DNA from: Eledone cirrhosa
Lineage: Eukaryota
DNA length: 64,000 bases
Reading direction: 5' to 3'
Assembly (NCBI GenBank): GCA_964016885.1
Contig: OZ024746.1
Location: forward strand, 12,400,001-12,464,000
The notes under the pieces are model-generated. The model worked only from the letters and a program-made list of their open reading frames with translations. It searched no databases and was not told the DNA's origin. The translations under genes and the position numbers were made by a program. Positions 38,435 to 56,400 of this stretch are shown here, one piece after another. The first letter of the stretch is position 1, and each line of letters starts with the position of its first letter.

Positions 38435-39500
38435 TTATCTCTCAAACTTAAAATATAGTAAAGTTAGATTTTACTAAAATTAAATATAACATAAACAGGG
38501 ATTTTCCATCCTACTTGAATTGCTTACATAATGTCACCTCTGTTCCGTTTACTACCAAATATTTGTTTCCACTAAACTAGATATCAATTATATTTGTGAT
38601 AAATTGACCTATTTTAATTTTATGTGTTGAAATTCCTTGCTACCATAAAGGAAAGTTCTTCCTGAAACAACGGACCTACTTACGATAATGTTTACCCCCC
38701 TCCCGCATACGCGCGCGCGCACACCCATCCCTTTCTCACACACACACACACAAACACACATACCCACTCTTATCCCTTTCTCATACACACACAAACACAC
38801 ATACCCACTCTTATCTCTTTCTCATACACACACACAAACACACATACCCACTCTTATCTCTTTCTCATACACACACACACACAAACACACATACCCACTC
38901 TTATCTCTTTCTCATACACACACACAAACACACATACCCACTCTTATCTCTTTCTCATACACACACACAAACACACATACCCACTCTTATCTCTTTCTCA
39001 TACACACACAAACACACACCACACACCCACGCGCGCGCACCCATTCTTTATCTCTTTCACATCCACGCATACACACACACGCATACCCATTCTTTAACTT
39101 TTTCATACACACACACACACAAAAGATCACCCCACAAACACACAGATACACACACCCACAAATACACGCACGTGTGCGTGTTTGTGTGATTACGTATGTA
39201 TATGTTTAATGTGTGTACTTGCGCGTGTATGTGTGTGCGTGTGTGCACAGGCGTGTGTGTGTGTGTGTGTGTGCGTGTATGTGTGTGCGTGTGTGTGTGT
39301 GTGTGTGTGCGTGTGCGTGTATGTGTGTGCGTGTGTGTGTGTGTGTGTGTGCGTGTGTGCACTTGCGTGTAAGTGTGTGTGTGCGTATGTGCACTTGCGT
39401 GTATGAGTGCGCGCGCGCATGTGTCTGTGCACATGCGTGTATGTGTGTGCGTGGGCGTGCGTGTGTGCGTTTGTGTATGCGTGTTTATGTGTGTGCGAGT
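38220..39500. repeat. (CA)n/(TG)n-rich low-complexity block with a ~44-bp minisatellite
   Basis: (CA)n at 38220-38430, unit cacaaacacacatacccactcttatctctttctcatacaca at 38750-39010, (TG)n-like at 39210-39500. Confidence 0.9.
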
Positions 39501-40187
39501 GCAGTTACCAATATCAGTGAACTGAAAGCGATATTGACAATCGAACAGAAAAATCAGTGTGTTAGGATCACGGGGAAAAGGTATCACAAATTACACATTG
39601 TAAAATAAATTTCTGTAAACGTGTTCTTTAAAAGTAATTATGTTCTGTATAGCATACTTGTTTACAATCAAATCAATTGTCCGAACAATGAATTATCCGA
39701 ACAACTCGCATCTCGTTCTGATAATGGAGGCCGTCTAACTGTAATGTACGAACTAGTCACAACTTACGCTGTTTGGTTGAAATTACACCGGTGATAAAGT
39801 GATGAAAATTTAAACTAGAAAACTCTATAAATCGGCATAAATCGAGCCGGATTAAAATCAACGTCTCCTGTGCCTATGTAACGAATCATATTATGACTGA
39901 TTTCTTTATTCTCCTTTCGGTAGTATTTTCCTTTCGGTAGTGTTTTCTCCTATCGGTAGTGTCATCTTTGCACATGCATAGTTTATATATATTTTGCTGA
40001 CGTCATATTTCTGCAGTTTTACACCACGAACCGAAAATCTTTGTTTCCTTTGTATGAAATACCTGGAAAAATTGAACTTCCTATTTAAAAGGAAAAAGGC
40101 TAGAAAAAGAAGTATCTGCTGCTTTCCGATAGCTTCGTCGTTGCACTTGTAGCGGAAAAAGATTTCTGACTGCTGCCGTTGCCGCTG

Positions 40188-40274
<87 letters not shown>

Positions 40275-40534
40275 TGATGCCTGTAAATTGAAACTATTAA
40301 ACTTGACCACGTTCTCATTAAGTGACTTCAACTTGTTGATAATAGTTTTTGTATATTTTTAAAAGACACGAATAACTCTCCCACGCAGTAATTGTTATAC
40401 TTTCAACCCACGGATTCAGATAAATCACTTGGTTAACAAGTAAACCAGCGAAATATATATATATATATATATATATATGCTGCCAATACCTTAATGGGAC
40501 ACGGATATACAATACCTAACTCCTATCAACCTAA

Positions 40535-40580
<46 letters not shown>

Positions 40581-40582
<2 letters not shown>

Positions 40583-40895
40583 CGAAGGAAATGTGGTAAG
40601 GAACCAGGTGGACCATAACGCACCAAAGTACTCAATACTTAGGGTAGTAGAGTGCGTAATAGGAACGAGTAGGACCCCGACGGCTGAGCTCAAGCCGTTT
40701 CGACGGCTAATTCTAGTCCAGAATTAGCCGTCGAAACGGCTTGAGCTCAGCCGTCGGGGTCCTACTCGTTCCTATATATATATGAAAAGGTTTAAGACCC
40801 CGACGGTAGAGCTCAAGCCGTTTCGACGGATATTACCCACTCTACTACCCTGGTGCGTTATGGTCCATCTGGTTCCTTAGCACACTTCCTTCGTT
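40581..40895. repeat. Fold-back palindromic repeat family copy embedded in (TA)n
   Basis: aacgaaggaaatgtggtaaggaacc...ggaccccgacggctgagctcaagccgtttcgacggctaattc-loop-gaattagccgtcgaaacggcttgagctcagccgtcggggtcc. Related copies at 44380-44806, 62816-63006, and partial copies at ~36250 and ~45650. Confidence 0.85.
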
Positions 40896-40898
40896 TTT

Positions 40899-40975
<77 letters not shown>

Positions 40976-41300
40976 GTGTGTGTGTGTGTGTGTATACGTA
41001 TTGTATATATATATTATTAAATAAACTATACGTACATTCATATATACATCGCTATTTCAGAGCACCAATACTAATTTCTATTTTTTTCTGGGCCAGCAAT
41101 CTCGGCAAAAACGAAGATGTAGTCTTGACAATCACTTTACAAGTGAAAAACGGTGAATGTCGATTACTCCCCTTTGCTTTTGCCGAGACTAAGTATGTGA
41201 CGTCAGTCACTATTTTAAAATAAAATTATTTCTAGATTCTCCAGCTGATGTATCAATATGAATCACAATAAAATTTCGCCGGAGATAGATTAGCAAGAAT

Positions 41301-41392
41301 GCCCGTCGAGTTTATCCCGAACTAGCAAAGCTCCTCGGTAGCACTGCCAGGCCAGGGATTTCAGGAAGCTGTGCATGGGCCCCGCCCCGAAG

Positions 41393-41436
<44 letters not shown>

Positions 41437-41520
41437 TTTCATTTATTAGCCACAAGGGCCGACATGTAGGGGACAATATAAAGACAGGGACAGTGGGGGT
41501 TTACAATAAGGTCGAGTAAA
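41301..41520 (-). mobile_element. Short Tx1-type LINE fragments
   Basis: 41301-41393 closely matches 57100-57195 (KSLAWQCYRGAL.VRDK). 41430-41520 resembles the 3' UTR at 56420-56500. Confidence 0.65.
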
Positions 41521-41561
41521 AGTGCACAATGGCAATAATAATAATAATAATAATAATAAAC

Positions 41562-41855
41562 AATACCAGTGGTTGTATGCGCTCTAGGAATGATACCTAA
41601 GGGGTCTAATGATTACTTATCGCAAATCCCAGGAAACCCGCGTATAGGAGAAATACAAAAGATAGTACTAATGGGAACTGCCCATATACTAAGGAAGATT
41701 CTGTCAATATAAGTACATCACAAGTCTAAACACTAAAGATGCATGTGTGAGTATGTATGTTCTTTCTTGAACATGGCGGACCTTGTTGTCTCTTGAGGTC
41801 ACTGGTTGCGACTTGGTGATAACTCGTATGAACATAAAGCAAGATAAATACAGCT

Positions 41856-41898
<43 letters not shown>
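41562..41898 (+). mobile_element. R4/Dong-like 3' end with (TAA)n tail
   Basis: IPVVVCALGMIPKG...EIQKIVLMGTAHILRKILSI*, then a short UTR and (TAA)n. Confidence 0.75.
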
Positions 41899-41899
<1 letters not shown>

Positions 41900-41983
41900 T
41901 GTTTCTACTTTTGGCACAAGGCCAGCAATCAACCAGTGCATTACTGGTACTTAATTGCTGGCCTTGTGCCAAAAGTAGAAACA

Positions 41984-42079
<96 letters not shown>

Positions 42080-42080
<1 letters not shown>

Positions 42081-42415
42081 GACACGAGAGTGCAAGAGAA
42101 GGAGAGGGAGAAAATTAACCGATACCAGGACCTAAAGTGGGAGGTGAAAAGGATTTGGAACTGCCATGAAGTCAAAGTGATCCCGATTGTCATAGGCGCA
42201 CTGGGGACTATCTCCAAAAGTTTCCAGGGATGGTTAAAGAAAATCGGCCCCTTCACGCTTTTTGGAACGCTTCAAAAGGCATGCTTGCTTGGAACAGCAA
42301 GAACCCTCCGATACGTCCTGAATATCTGAGGCTGCAGGTAGTGGCTTGATATTCAATCCAACGGACTTTCCAGTTAACCAACATCAATGACTGAGATTCA
42401 AGGAATAACGATAAC

Positions 42416-42445
<30 letters not shown>
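42080..42445 (+). mobile_element. R4/Dong-like 3' end (second family) within (TAA)n
   Basis: EKINRYQDLKWEVKRIWNCHEVKVIPIVIGALGTI...LQKACLLGTARTLRYVL*, flanked by (TAA)n. Confidence 0.8.
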
Positions 42446-42447
<2 letters not shown>

Positions 42448-42805
42448 GAAGAATAAGAAGAATAAGAAGAACAACAACAACAATAACAACAACAACAAGA
42501 AAACAGACAAGCGAGCAAATTGATTTACAAAAACTTTATTTTCATTTAATTTTGTATAAAAATGTCCTTTCTCACAATGTTCAATTACAAACAAATGCCC
42601 TATATGTTCGCATGTGATATGTGGAGTACCCTATATGTTCGCATGTGATATGTGGAGTACAACCGTTTTTAAAGCGGTACCTCTTGCAATATAACGATCA
42701 TTATAAATTATATAAATATTGATTTAGAATGATGAATATGTATATTTACATCATACACGCACGCACGCATACATACACAGGTATACACAGATTCATACAC
42801 AGATT

Positions 42806-42841
<36 letters not shown>

Positions 42842-42920
42842 TATACCAGACATATATATCTTGCATACAATTGTCAATGAATCTAAGAATGTGTTAGCAA
42901 AAATGTTCCCTTCACATGGG

Positions 42921-47898
<4,978 letters not shown>

Positions 47899-48059
47899 TG
47901 TGGTAATTGTTTTTTGTTTTTGTTTTTGTGAGAAAAGTGTATAATTGACTACGTTCAAATAGTGGCAAAGCTTCTCGCTTGTTTTTAAGTTTGAAGTTGA
48001 TTTGAATCTTGAAGATCGTGGCTAAGACGATGTTACCAGTTGCAAATCTGCAGCTTCTG

Positions 48060-48092
48060 TTGAATGAAGATTACACAAGCACCCTTTTTATA
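48060..48092 (-). promoter_or_regulatory. Probable TATA box plus initiator of gene C
   Basis: Minus-strand TATAAAAA at 48092-48085, followed about 27 nt later by TCATTC (Inr-like, 48067-48062), roughly 165 nt upstream of the ATG at 47898. Confidence 0.55.
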
Positions 48093-48789
48093 CTGTTTAT
48101 CCATTACACAGAAATTGAAATGATTTGGTTTCCTTGCATTTCAAAACGGAAGAGTTCTACCCCTTAAATCAGGAATTCAGATGTTATACAATCTATTTAC
48201 ATAGAACAAATCTATATATAAGTATGCATATATGTTGACATGTAAGTGTACATATCTATGAATATGTATGAGATTGTCAGTTTAGGCGCTATGTTTGAAG
48301 TTTAGTGGGTTGAAGTATCAAAATTGTTCCGTATAGTTTACAAAGAAACTCCAAGAAATTAATGTAGGAAGTTAAATAGAAACAGGATATATGTTTCTAG
48401 AGAAAGAATATTTGGTATCATTTTACTGGAAATTGTAACTTTCATATCAATCAATATTGTTGAAATGATAGTTTATTCGCTTTCTTCGTAATTTTATTTC
48501 ATTTTAATCAACGAATGCGGTAAATATAGTTCCGGAAAGAGACACATGCTTTATCTAAGGCTGGTTTGTCGTCAATATTGATACCATTTACTTGCAATGT
48601 CTTATATCCTGACATTTAAGGTTTTAAATCCCAAATAAGTTTGACTATGGTTAAAGAAAAGCTTGGGGCTTGGGGCTTGGGATTGAATTGAATAGATCTT
48701 ATTGTCAAGAATGTAATAAAAACAAATCTAAAGACCCAGTTTGCAATGATGCGTCATCGATAGTTTCTAACATCTCTTGATTTCGTACT

Positions 48790-49682
48790 TACAGTATTTG
48801 CCGGCGTATTGGCCCCCCCCCCCCCCAAAAAAAAAACATATTAAAAAACCTTCCCCGCATCCAATACGCCCGTATCATCGATGCGAGACCGAAAGGGGAG
48901 TGAGGACAATCATGGTTAAAACATTTAGTTTGTATTACTATTAATATCACTAATATAGTATTAAAGTACAATTTATATAAGCAAAATGAACTTATACAAG
49001 AGTTTTTGAAGATGCCAAGTAATGGCTAAGCTTATGGCTGTAAACCAATAAAGTTCAAAGCATTTTAGGGTACCTCATTTCTTTCTAGCAAACGTAACCT
49101 ACACAAGGTATATGCATATTCCTTACATTATTTACCTTACCTTAACAACTCTGCTAACTTTAACATAACAATACGGATAATGAATGTTCCTTAATGACCA
49201 TGCAAATGTAATACAGAATCCAAACACCAATCACCATTTGCATTGGGCAGATAATAACAGTGATAGTGCTGCACCCCATTTTCCAAATGTAGCTTCAAAA
49301 AACATCACAGGAGACATCCAGAAGATTCAAATCTTACTCCTAGATTTCGTAACCAAAACAAACAAGCGACCTACAGCACAGCAGTTCTAATCAGAAGTAG
49401 AGTTTGCGATATTATTGCATTTTAAGTTTATTTTTGTAACACATGACTCAAAATCATCAATTGCATTCAAGCTCAATGTCATTTTGCATGCGAAGAAACA
49501 TGGCAATAGGGCAACAGAGCGGTACTTTGGGCCGTCACCACCCGAAACTGTTATCTATATTTGGAGAAAATAAGAGCAACAATTCTTAATTTTTAATAAA
49601 TTTATGAAGAAATGTACTAAAATTCTTTATCAAATACAGTATATACAAATACAGTATATACAAACGCTTATACGGCTGTAAA
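48790..49682 (+). mobile_element. Degenerate pogo/Tigger-like DNA transposon
   Basis: TA-CAGTATTTGCCGGCGTAT at the left end and a weak CTTATACGGC.GTAAA at the right end. FKLNVILHAKKHGNRATERYFG...IYIWRK at ~49466-49570 resembles a pogo Brinker-type HTH. Confidence 0.45.
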
Positions 49683-49924
49683 GATCAAGGACTGATTAAC
49701 AAAACCATAACTGGAATTGAAAAAGGAAATGTCTGAGCGTGGTATAGATTTATTGTCAGAAAGTTTCTCACATTTAGAAACATTAGTCATGCGCAAGATT
49801 ATTAATAATCAAATATATATGCCATGGGTAAATGACAAATACTTCTGCAGATACTTACAAAAAGGGTAATTATAAAGGCTAACCCTTTCTTTGTTAGAAG
49901 AGGAATATTATAAGGGTGATCACT

Positions 49925-50620
49925 TTCTGTACCTAGTGTTAATACTTTTGACAAATGTGTTAAACTAGACTGGACTGGACAAAAAACCACCATGTAAGCC
50001 CATGTATATGGTCAATCCCAAATGGTGCGCTGCAAATAATAAACAACTAGAAACACTACTACAGAGAGTACATAAATTTGCTAGAGGAATTGATATTATA
50101 TTCGGATTAGAAAATGCACCAAGGCAAGAGTGAAGAAAGGAAATTAATTAATGACACTAATATCTATTTAGATAAGGAGACATATGAAAAGATTTGACGA
50201 AAAATAGACATAAATGCTTAGAAATCAATGAACTTCACAGCGTACAGCACACAAATGAAAGAAAAAATTCGGAAGGCAGATTATAAACACATTAGATTAG
50301 AACAAAACTAAGCTAAATGAAAAAAATATGATACTCTGATTCTTCCAACAATAAATTATAGGTATGATATTCTAAACTGGGTGCAAAAGGAATCAGCAAC
50401 AGAAATAATGAGTTTAGAATACTCTAGTGTAGAACGATTATTTTTACCAGTAATTCAGGAGCGGGATATGAGTTTTATACAACTAGAAAATTATTATTAA
50501 ATAACCATTGTAGGACTAGAAAAATACATTGTAAAGAGCAACGGAAAACTAACACAAATAACTACAAAACACGAACAAAAAAACAAACTGTTACCCGACC
50601 ACAAGGAATACAAGAAATTC
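49925..50620 (+). mobile_element. Highly degenerate R4/Dong-like RT fragment
   Basis: AANNKQLETLLQRVHKFARGIDIIFGLE motif (RT domains 5-6) with many stops. Confidence 0.5.
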
Positions 50621-50689
50621 AACAAAACACGGGCTCAAATGATAAGCAGCTGTAATAAGCAAGAGAAATTGTGAGAAAGAGTAATGTAA

Positions 50690-51645
50690 TAATTGTTTCT
50701 ACTTTTGGCACAAGGCCAGCAATTATCCCAGTGTATTACTGGTACTTTATTTTATCGACTCCGTAAGCATGAAAGGCAAAGTTAACTTCGGTGGGATTTG
50801 AACTCAGATCATAAAGGACCGTAACTCTTTGCTGCAAAGCATGGTGTCCGACCCTCTACCGATACTGCCAATCAGTTGATTAACTTAGATTAATTAAGAC
50901 TATCCTTGCAATTAGAAGTAAAAAAACTTCCCCAAAGGAGTTTAAAATCTAAAAGTAATAATATCAATAGTTTCTGATTTAAGACAAACATTTTGGGGAA
51001 GGGGAAAGTCGATTAAATCGACTCCGGTGGGTTACTGATACTTTATTTTATCAACCCCGGAAGGATAGAAGGCAAAGCTAACCTCGGTGGGATTTGAACT
51101 CAGAACATAAAATGAAGTGACTATATGCCGCAAAGTATATTGTACGAAGCTCTACCGATACTGCCAATCCAAAGCAACAACAATTATAACAACTAATCTA
51201 CATTTTTGGAAAAGAGACGGTGTACTCTAGATTATATTAGTATAATGTGTTCCTTTAGCCTGACGATAGCGTGGGATTTGAGGGAGATTTTGTAGCTATT
51301 TCTAGCAAGTAAAGAAATTGCGAAGGTGCGTGGCTTTGTGGTTAGGGTATTCGGCTAACAATCGTAAGGTCGTGAGTTTGATTCCTGGGGCTGCGTTGTG
51401 TCCTTCAGCAAGAAACTTTATTTCACGTTGCTCCAGTTCACTAAGCAGGCAAAAATGAGCTGCACCTGTAGTTTGAAGGGGCCAGCCTTGTCACATTCTG
51501 TGTCACGCTGAATCTCCCTGAGAACTACGTTAAGGGTACGCGTGTCTGTGGAATGCTCAGCTACTTGCACGTTAATTTCACGAACAGGCTCTTCCGGTGA
51601 TCGGATCAACTGGAACACTCGTCGTCGTAACAGACGGAGTGTCAG
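50690..51645. mobile_element. Cluster of SINE copies
   Basis: Two copies of the gcctttcatcc/gaactcag family and one of the tRNA-head family. Further copies at ~6230-6410, 23660-23870, 26830-27435, 36905-37105, 53945-54123, 56300-56400 and 59655-59843. Confidence 0.8.
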
Positions 51646-52539
51646 TTAGTTTAAAACAGTTGCATCAAGACATCAAATTATCTTCAGACCGCCAAGGTGG
51701 TGTTAAGTTCTGCCATGGTTTTAATTTATCTCCATCGGACCCCCTACACAAAAATAGATATAGTAGAAGAGGTGTGCTAAACATGTCACACGATGGGATC
51801 GAACTCAGAATTGCAGAAACGAACTGAACTTCATAACTGACTTTTGTAAGTCTTTAAAAAGATCAGTGATTTCGGAGAATAAAGGAGGATCCTATCCGCT
51901 TACATTAGTATCACCTTCCTATATTATTTACTTACCTGTATTTCTGCTTATTTGGCTACAATCACATTTCCATTCACTACACACACATATACACACACAC
52001 ATGCATACAAACACACACACGCACACACACACACACATACACACATACATATACACAAACACACATACATACACACATACACACATACACACACATACAT
52101 ACACACATACATATACACAAACACACATACATACACACATACACACATACATAGATACAAACACACATACATACATACATAATACAGACAGACAGATTTA
52201 CATACACGCACATACAGACAAACTTACATACATATATAAATAAATACATTCGTATATATACTCACATACATGCATACATACATATATACTTTTACACACA
52301 TGCATACATACATACTTTTATACACATACTCACATACATAATACACACATACGAACATATAGACATACATAAACGCATAAATACGCGCACACATGTACAC
52401 ACAGACTTACATACATACACATACATACATACATACACATACATACATACATACATACATACATACATACATACATACATACATACATACTTATACACAC
52501 ACTTCATGCCTATATTCCAATGAAAAATCTTTGAGTCTT

Positions 52540-52945
52540 GGTTAGAAAACGGCCCTTTCACTATTGGGCAGTGATATTCTTGTTACGAAAGACTATTTCC
52601 CTTAAATGTGTTGATGATTATCATTGCCAAAATGAATGTTATAACTATAAGCCTTGCTAAATATCGACTATCGATTTTTCTGATCAAATTCGCCGAAGAG
52701 ACTTCCTATTCATCATCACAGCGACATCTGTTTCAAAGATAAATTCATCTTGCAGAGTACCACTACAAACGTGACTGGATACGATGCCATAACAACGATA
52801 TCGGAAATGGGAAATAGATTTTTATTTGACATAATTATAGAATAAATAGGAGCTATAAAGAAGATTTTGTAGTTATAGAAGAAACCAAAACTAAAAAGCA
52901 CTTTTTTCTTGGAATGGTGACCTGCGTAGATATTGTACGATGGCA
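52540..52945 (-). mobile_element. Possible ancient Helitron helicase C-terminal relic
   Basis: Weak resemblance to the Pif1 C-terminus (..VVVLCKMNL.., LAM.INTFKG.SL) with stops and frameshifts. Confidence 0.3.
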
Positions 52946-54229
52946 AAAAAAAAAAATGATTTCTCTGTTGGCTATTTGAAGAAATTCAATTATATTTGGA
53001 CGTACTTCACCCATTCAGAGCTAAATCATTCAACGACAAAATTATTATAGCTAGTAAAATTTATTGAACACAGGCGGAAGGAGTTTGTGGATTTTTATTT
53101 TATTTCCACACATGAGATTATATTCCAATAAATAGAATACATAACCATGCCACGCGACAAAAGATCAAACTCAGGCAGTCACTTTGTCATTTCATAAAAG
53201 GGCTGACCGTCCACAAGGCGCCTCTGCTAATAAGCATAGTAGCCACGATAATAAATGCATCATCTGCTTGGGTAGCAAAGAATATCAACTATTCAAATGT
53301 TCTTTTAATGACATGTTTGATGAAATTTATTTATTTCTAAAACCGCAAATTTTTATTTAGCATTGATAAAGAAATTATACAGTCGATGTTGGGACGTGGG
53401 ATATATACAGTAAAGTGATATTCTTTCAGGCGGCGAATTGACAGAATCGTTAGTATGTCAGATAGAATACTTAGCGGCATTTAAACTGAAGTTAAAAGAT
53501 TCCAATAAGAAAATTCCGTCATCATAAAATTAATCGAGGAAATCGGTCGAAATCAATCAACATTCTACTGATTGTTGAGTGTGAAGTCACTTTATTAATT
53601 AATCAATTAATTTATTTATTCATTTATAATTTATTTTGGAGAAGGGAGCCGGATTGATTATGGTGAACACTCATCTTAGATGCTGTGTGCGAGTAGTAGA
53701 AATATCGCTGCATTACACAAAACATCATACAGTATCCATGATGTGTTGACATCCTGGAAACTGTGGGCATATTAGCAGGTGACTTTGATTCTATTGATAA
53801 AAGCCAGGATCAAGATGACCAACTTCCGATTTCCTACAATCTAATATTGCTATCTGAATCTATTCGTAATAGTATCATTGCTGAACATGCAGCCTAAAAG
53901 AAAGAAGGTTCAGGACGTACTAAGCTACTCCTAATTGACAAAATATAATTGTTTCTGCTTTTGGCACAAGGCCAGCAATTACCCAGTGCATTACTGGTAC
54001 TTTATTTTATCGGTTTTATAAGGTTGAAAGGCAAATTTAACCTCGGCGTGATTTGAACTCAGAATGGCAAGGGCCGTAACTCTATGCATCAAAGCATGGC
54101 GTCCGACCCTCTACCGATACTGCGTGTGTGTGTGTGGGAAGGGGGGGGGGGTATTGTTTTTGTTATTGTTATTGAGACTTCCTCTTTTTCGGATTGTTTT
54201 TACGGAAATACTATTTCATAGAAATTAGA

Positions 54230-55385
54230 CAAATTTTCAGTTGCTGCTGAAATAATAATAAACGAGTTACAATGCCTGGATAGGAAAGCGAGGAAGTTAC
54301 ACTCAATGAACGGATGCTTTCATCCAAGGAGTGATGTTGATAGATTATACTTAGCGCGTACGAAATGGAGGAGAGAACTCGTTAGTTGTGAAAGATCTGA
54401 AGGAGCAGAAGAGAATACCCTGATTCATAAAGTATGCCACTAAACCATTGATGCTGGAAGTGAAAGAGTCAAATATGTTGAAAACTGGAGATTGCAAAGA
54501 AAAAATGAAAGATGCGAATTGAAACTGAAAGGAAATGGAAATAAAAGAATAAAACAAGCAATTTTTCAGGGATACAGAAACTAAAACAGTAACCAAAACC
54601 GATTTGGAGATCCTTATCCGAGCTATTGCATGACTTGTTGAGGAAATATTACAACTAACGAAAACAAAGCAGGGTAAGTCAAAAGCAACATGGTGGAAAC
54701 GATGCAGTGAAAAAGACAAAATGTAGTTAAGGCAAGATCTAAGTAAAACTGAGCAATGGTTTAGAGGAAAATGGGAAAACGGAAAAAAGACCGATCATGA
54801 GATATTAGACAAAAAGTATGAAATACGGAAGAATGGTTTCTATACAGCAATGGAACAATTAAAATTGAGGATTTTGTCGAAAAGTCAGAAGATAAAAATA
54901 TATGTAAACAGAAATAAGCAGTTCGATGAGAATAAATTGTTCCAAAATAATCTAAAACAATTCTTCCGTACTTTGCAATGAGACAATGAGAAGGATACTG
55001 TTCCTAATGCTAACTAGATCAAGGAGTTCTGTAGTGAGATATGGGGAAACAGTGGGATGCATAAAAGGGATGAATAGTGGATACAAACTATCAGGACAGT
55101 TCTGAAGAGGACATAGACAAAGAAACATTACCATAAGCACATTTGATGTGAAAGATCAAGTGGTCAAGGTACCAAACTGGAAAGCTCACGGCCCAGATGG
55201 GGTCGATGGCTTTTGGTTGAAGAGATGCAATGCGGTTCATGAAAAGCTGGCAACACAATTGAATTAATGTATCCAGAGAGGTACAGCTCCCTCTTGGATT
55301 GTAACGGGAATAACAATGCTTCTAATAAAAGATAGAAGTAAAGGGAATGCTTTGGGAAACTACCATCCAATGGCAGGCCTGAACA
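54230..55385 (+). mobile_element. Degenerate R4/Dong-like fragments in rearranged order
   Basis: FHPRSDVDRLYL.R (post-RT region) at ~54318 precedes the pre-RT region RNKQFDENKLFQNNLKQFFRTL, VPNWKAHGPDG and LGNYHPMAGL. Confidence 0.7.
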
Positions 55386-55669
55386 TTTCTTCGGCGAAAT
55401 TTTGTTGTAAATGATTCGTATTGATACAGCAGCTGGAGAATCTAATAATAATTATATTTTACATTAAAAAAAAGACATTATATATGACAAAAGAATAACA
55501 TTACAAGGAATCCCATATTTACGAACGTACACTATACAATTACTGATTCCCCCCCCCCCTCCTATTATTTAGGAGAGTGCCACCAAACTCTCCTCCTCTC
55601 TATGTCGATCACACAAAACTCTCTTTTAATCCCCCTCTCTGTATCTTCTAAGACCAAATTCTACCCTTC

Positions 55670-55940
55670 TCTATATCTACTACACGGTACTCTCTTCCAT
55701 TCCCTCTCTCTATATATACTACACGGTACTCTCTTCCATTCCCCCCTCTATATCTACTACACGGTACTCTCTTCCATCTCCCCCTCTATATCTACTACAT
55801 GGTACTCTCTTCCATTCCCCCTCTATATCTACTACACGGTACTCTCTTCCATCCTCCCCTCTATATCTACTACACGGTACTCTCTTCCATTCCCTCTCTC
55901 TATATCTACTACATGGTACTCTCTTCCATTCCCCCTCTCT
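55670..55940 (+). repeat. ~38-bp minisatellite
   Basis: About 7 copies of ctatatctactacacggtactctcttccattccccct. Confidence 0.9.
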
Positions 55941-56400
55941 ATTATCAATTATCAACAAACTCTCCCCCTCTCTATATCTATATCTATCTCTCCAAACTGT
56001 CTCTACATATCACGTACATAAATAGTTGTACATATACAAATAGATGTTTTGGTAGTTTGGGGAGAAAAATATAATTACTATATAATCTGTATATATCTAC
56101 ATGCAGTATTACCTCGATACATGGCGCATGGCAATTCACGTTTTTTTTTCTTCTTTTTATTTGAATATTTCGTGTATTTGACAGAACAACGTACGCCAAA
56201 AATGATATTAAACGAACAAAGGTGTTTGACGTTCTCACGATACTGCTATTCTACCACCCTCGTCCTTACAATAATAATAATAATAATAATAATTTTTTCG
56301 CATATAGGCACAAGGCCAGTAATTTTGGGGGAGGGGAAAGTCTATTAAATCAACCCCAGTGCGTGACTGGAACTTTATCGACCCCGTAAGGATGAAAGGC

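Noticed and set aside
55670-55940. Regular ~38-bp repeats resembling a CRISPR array
   Set aside because: Tandem units without unique spacers, in a eukaryotic context with no cas genes.
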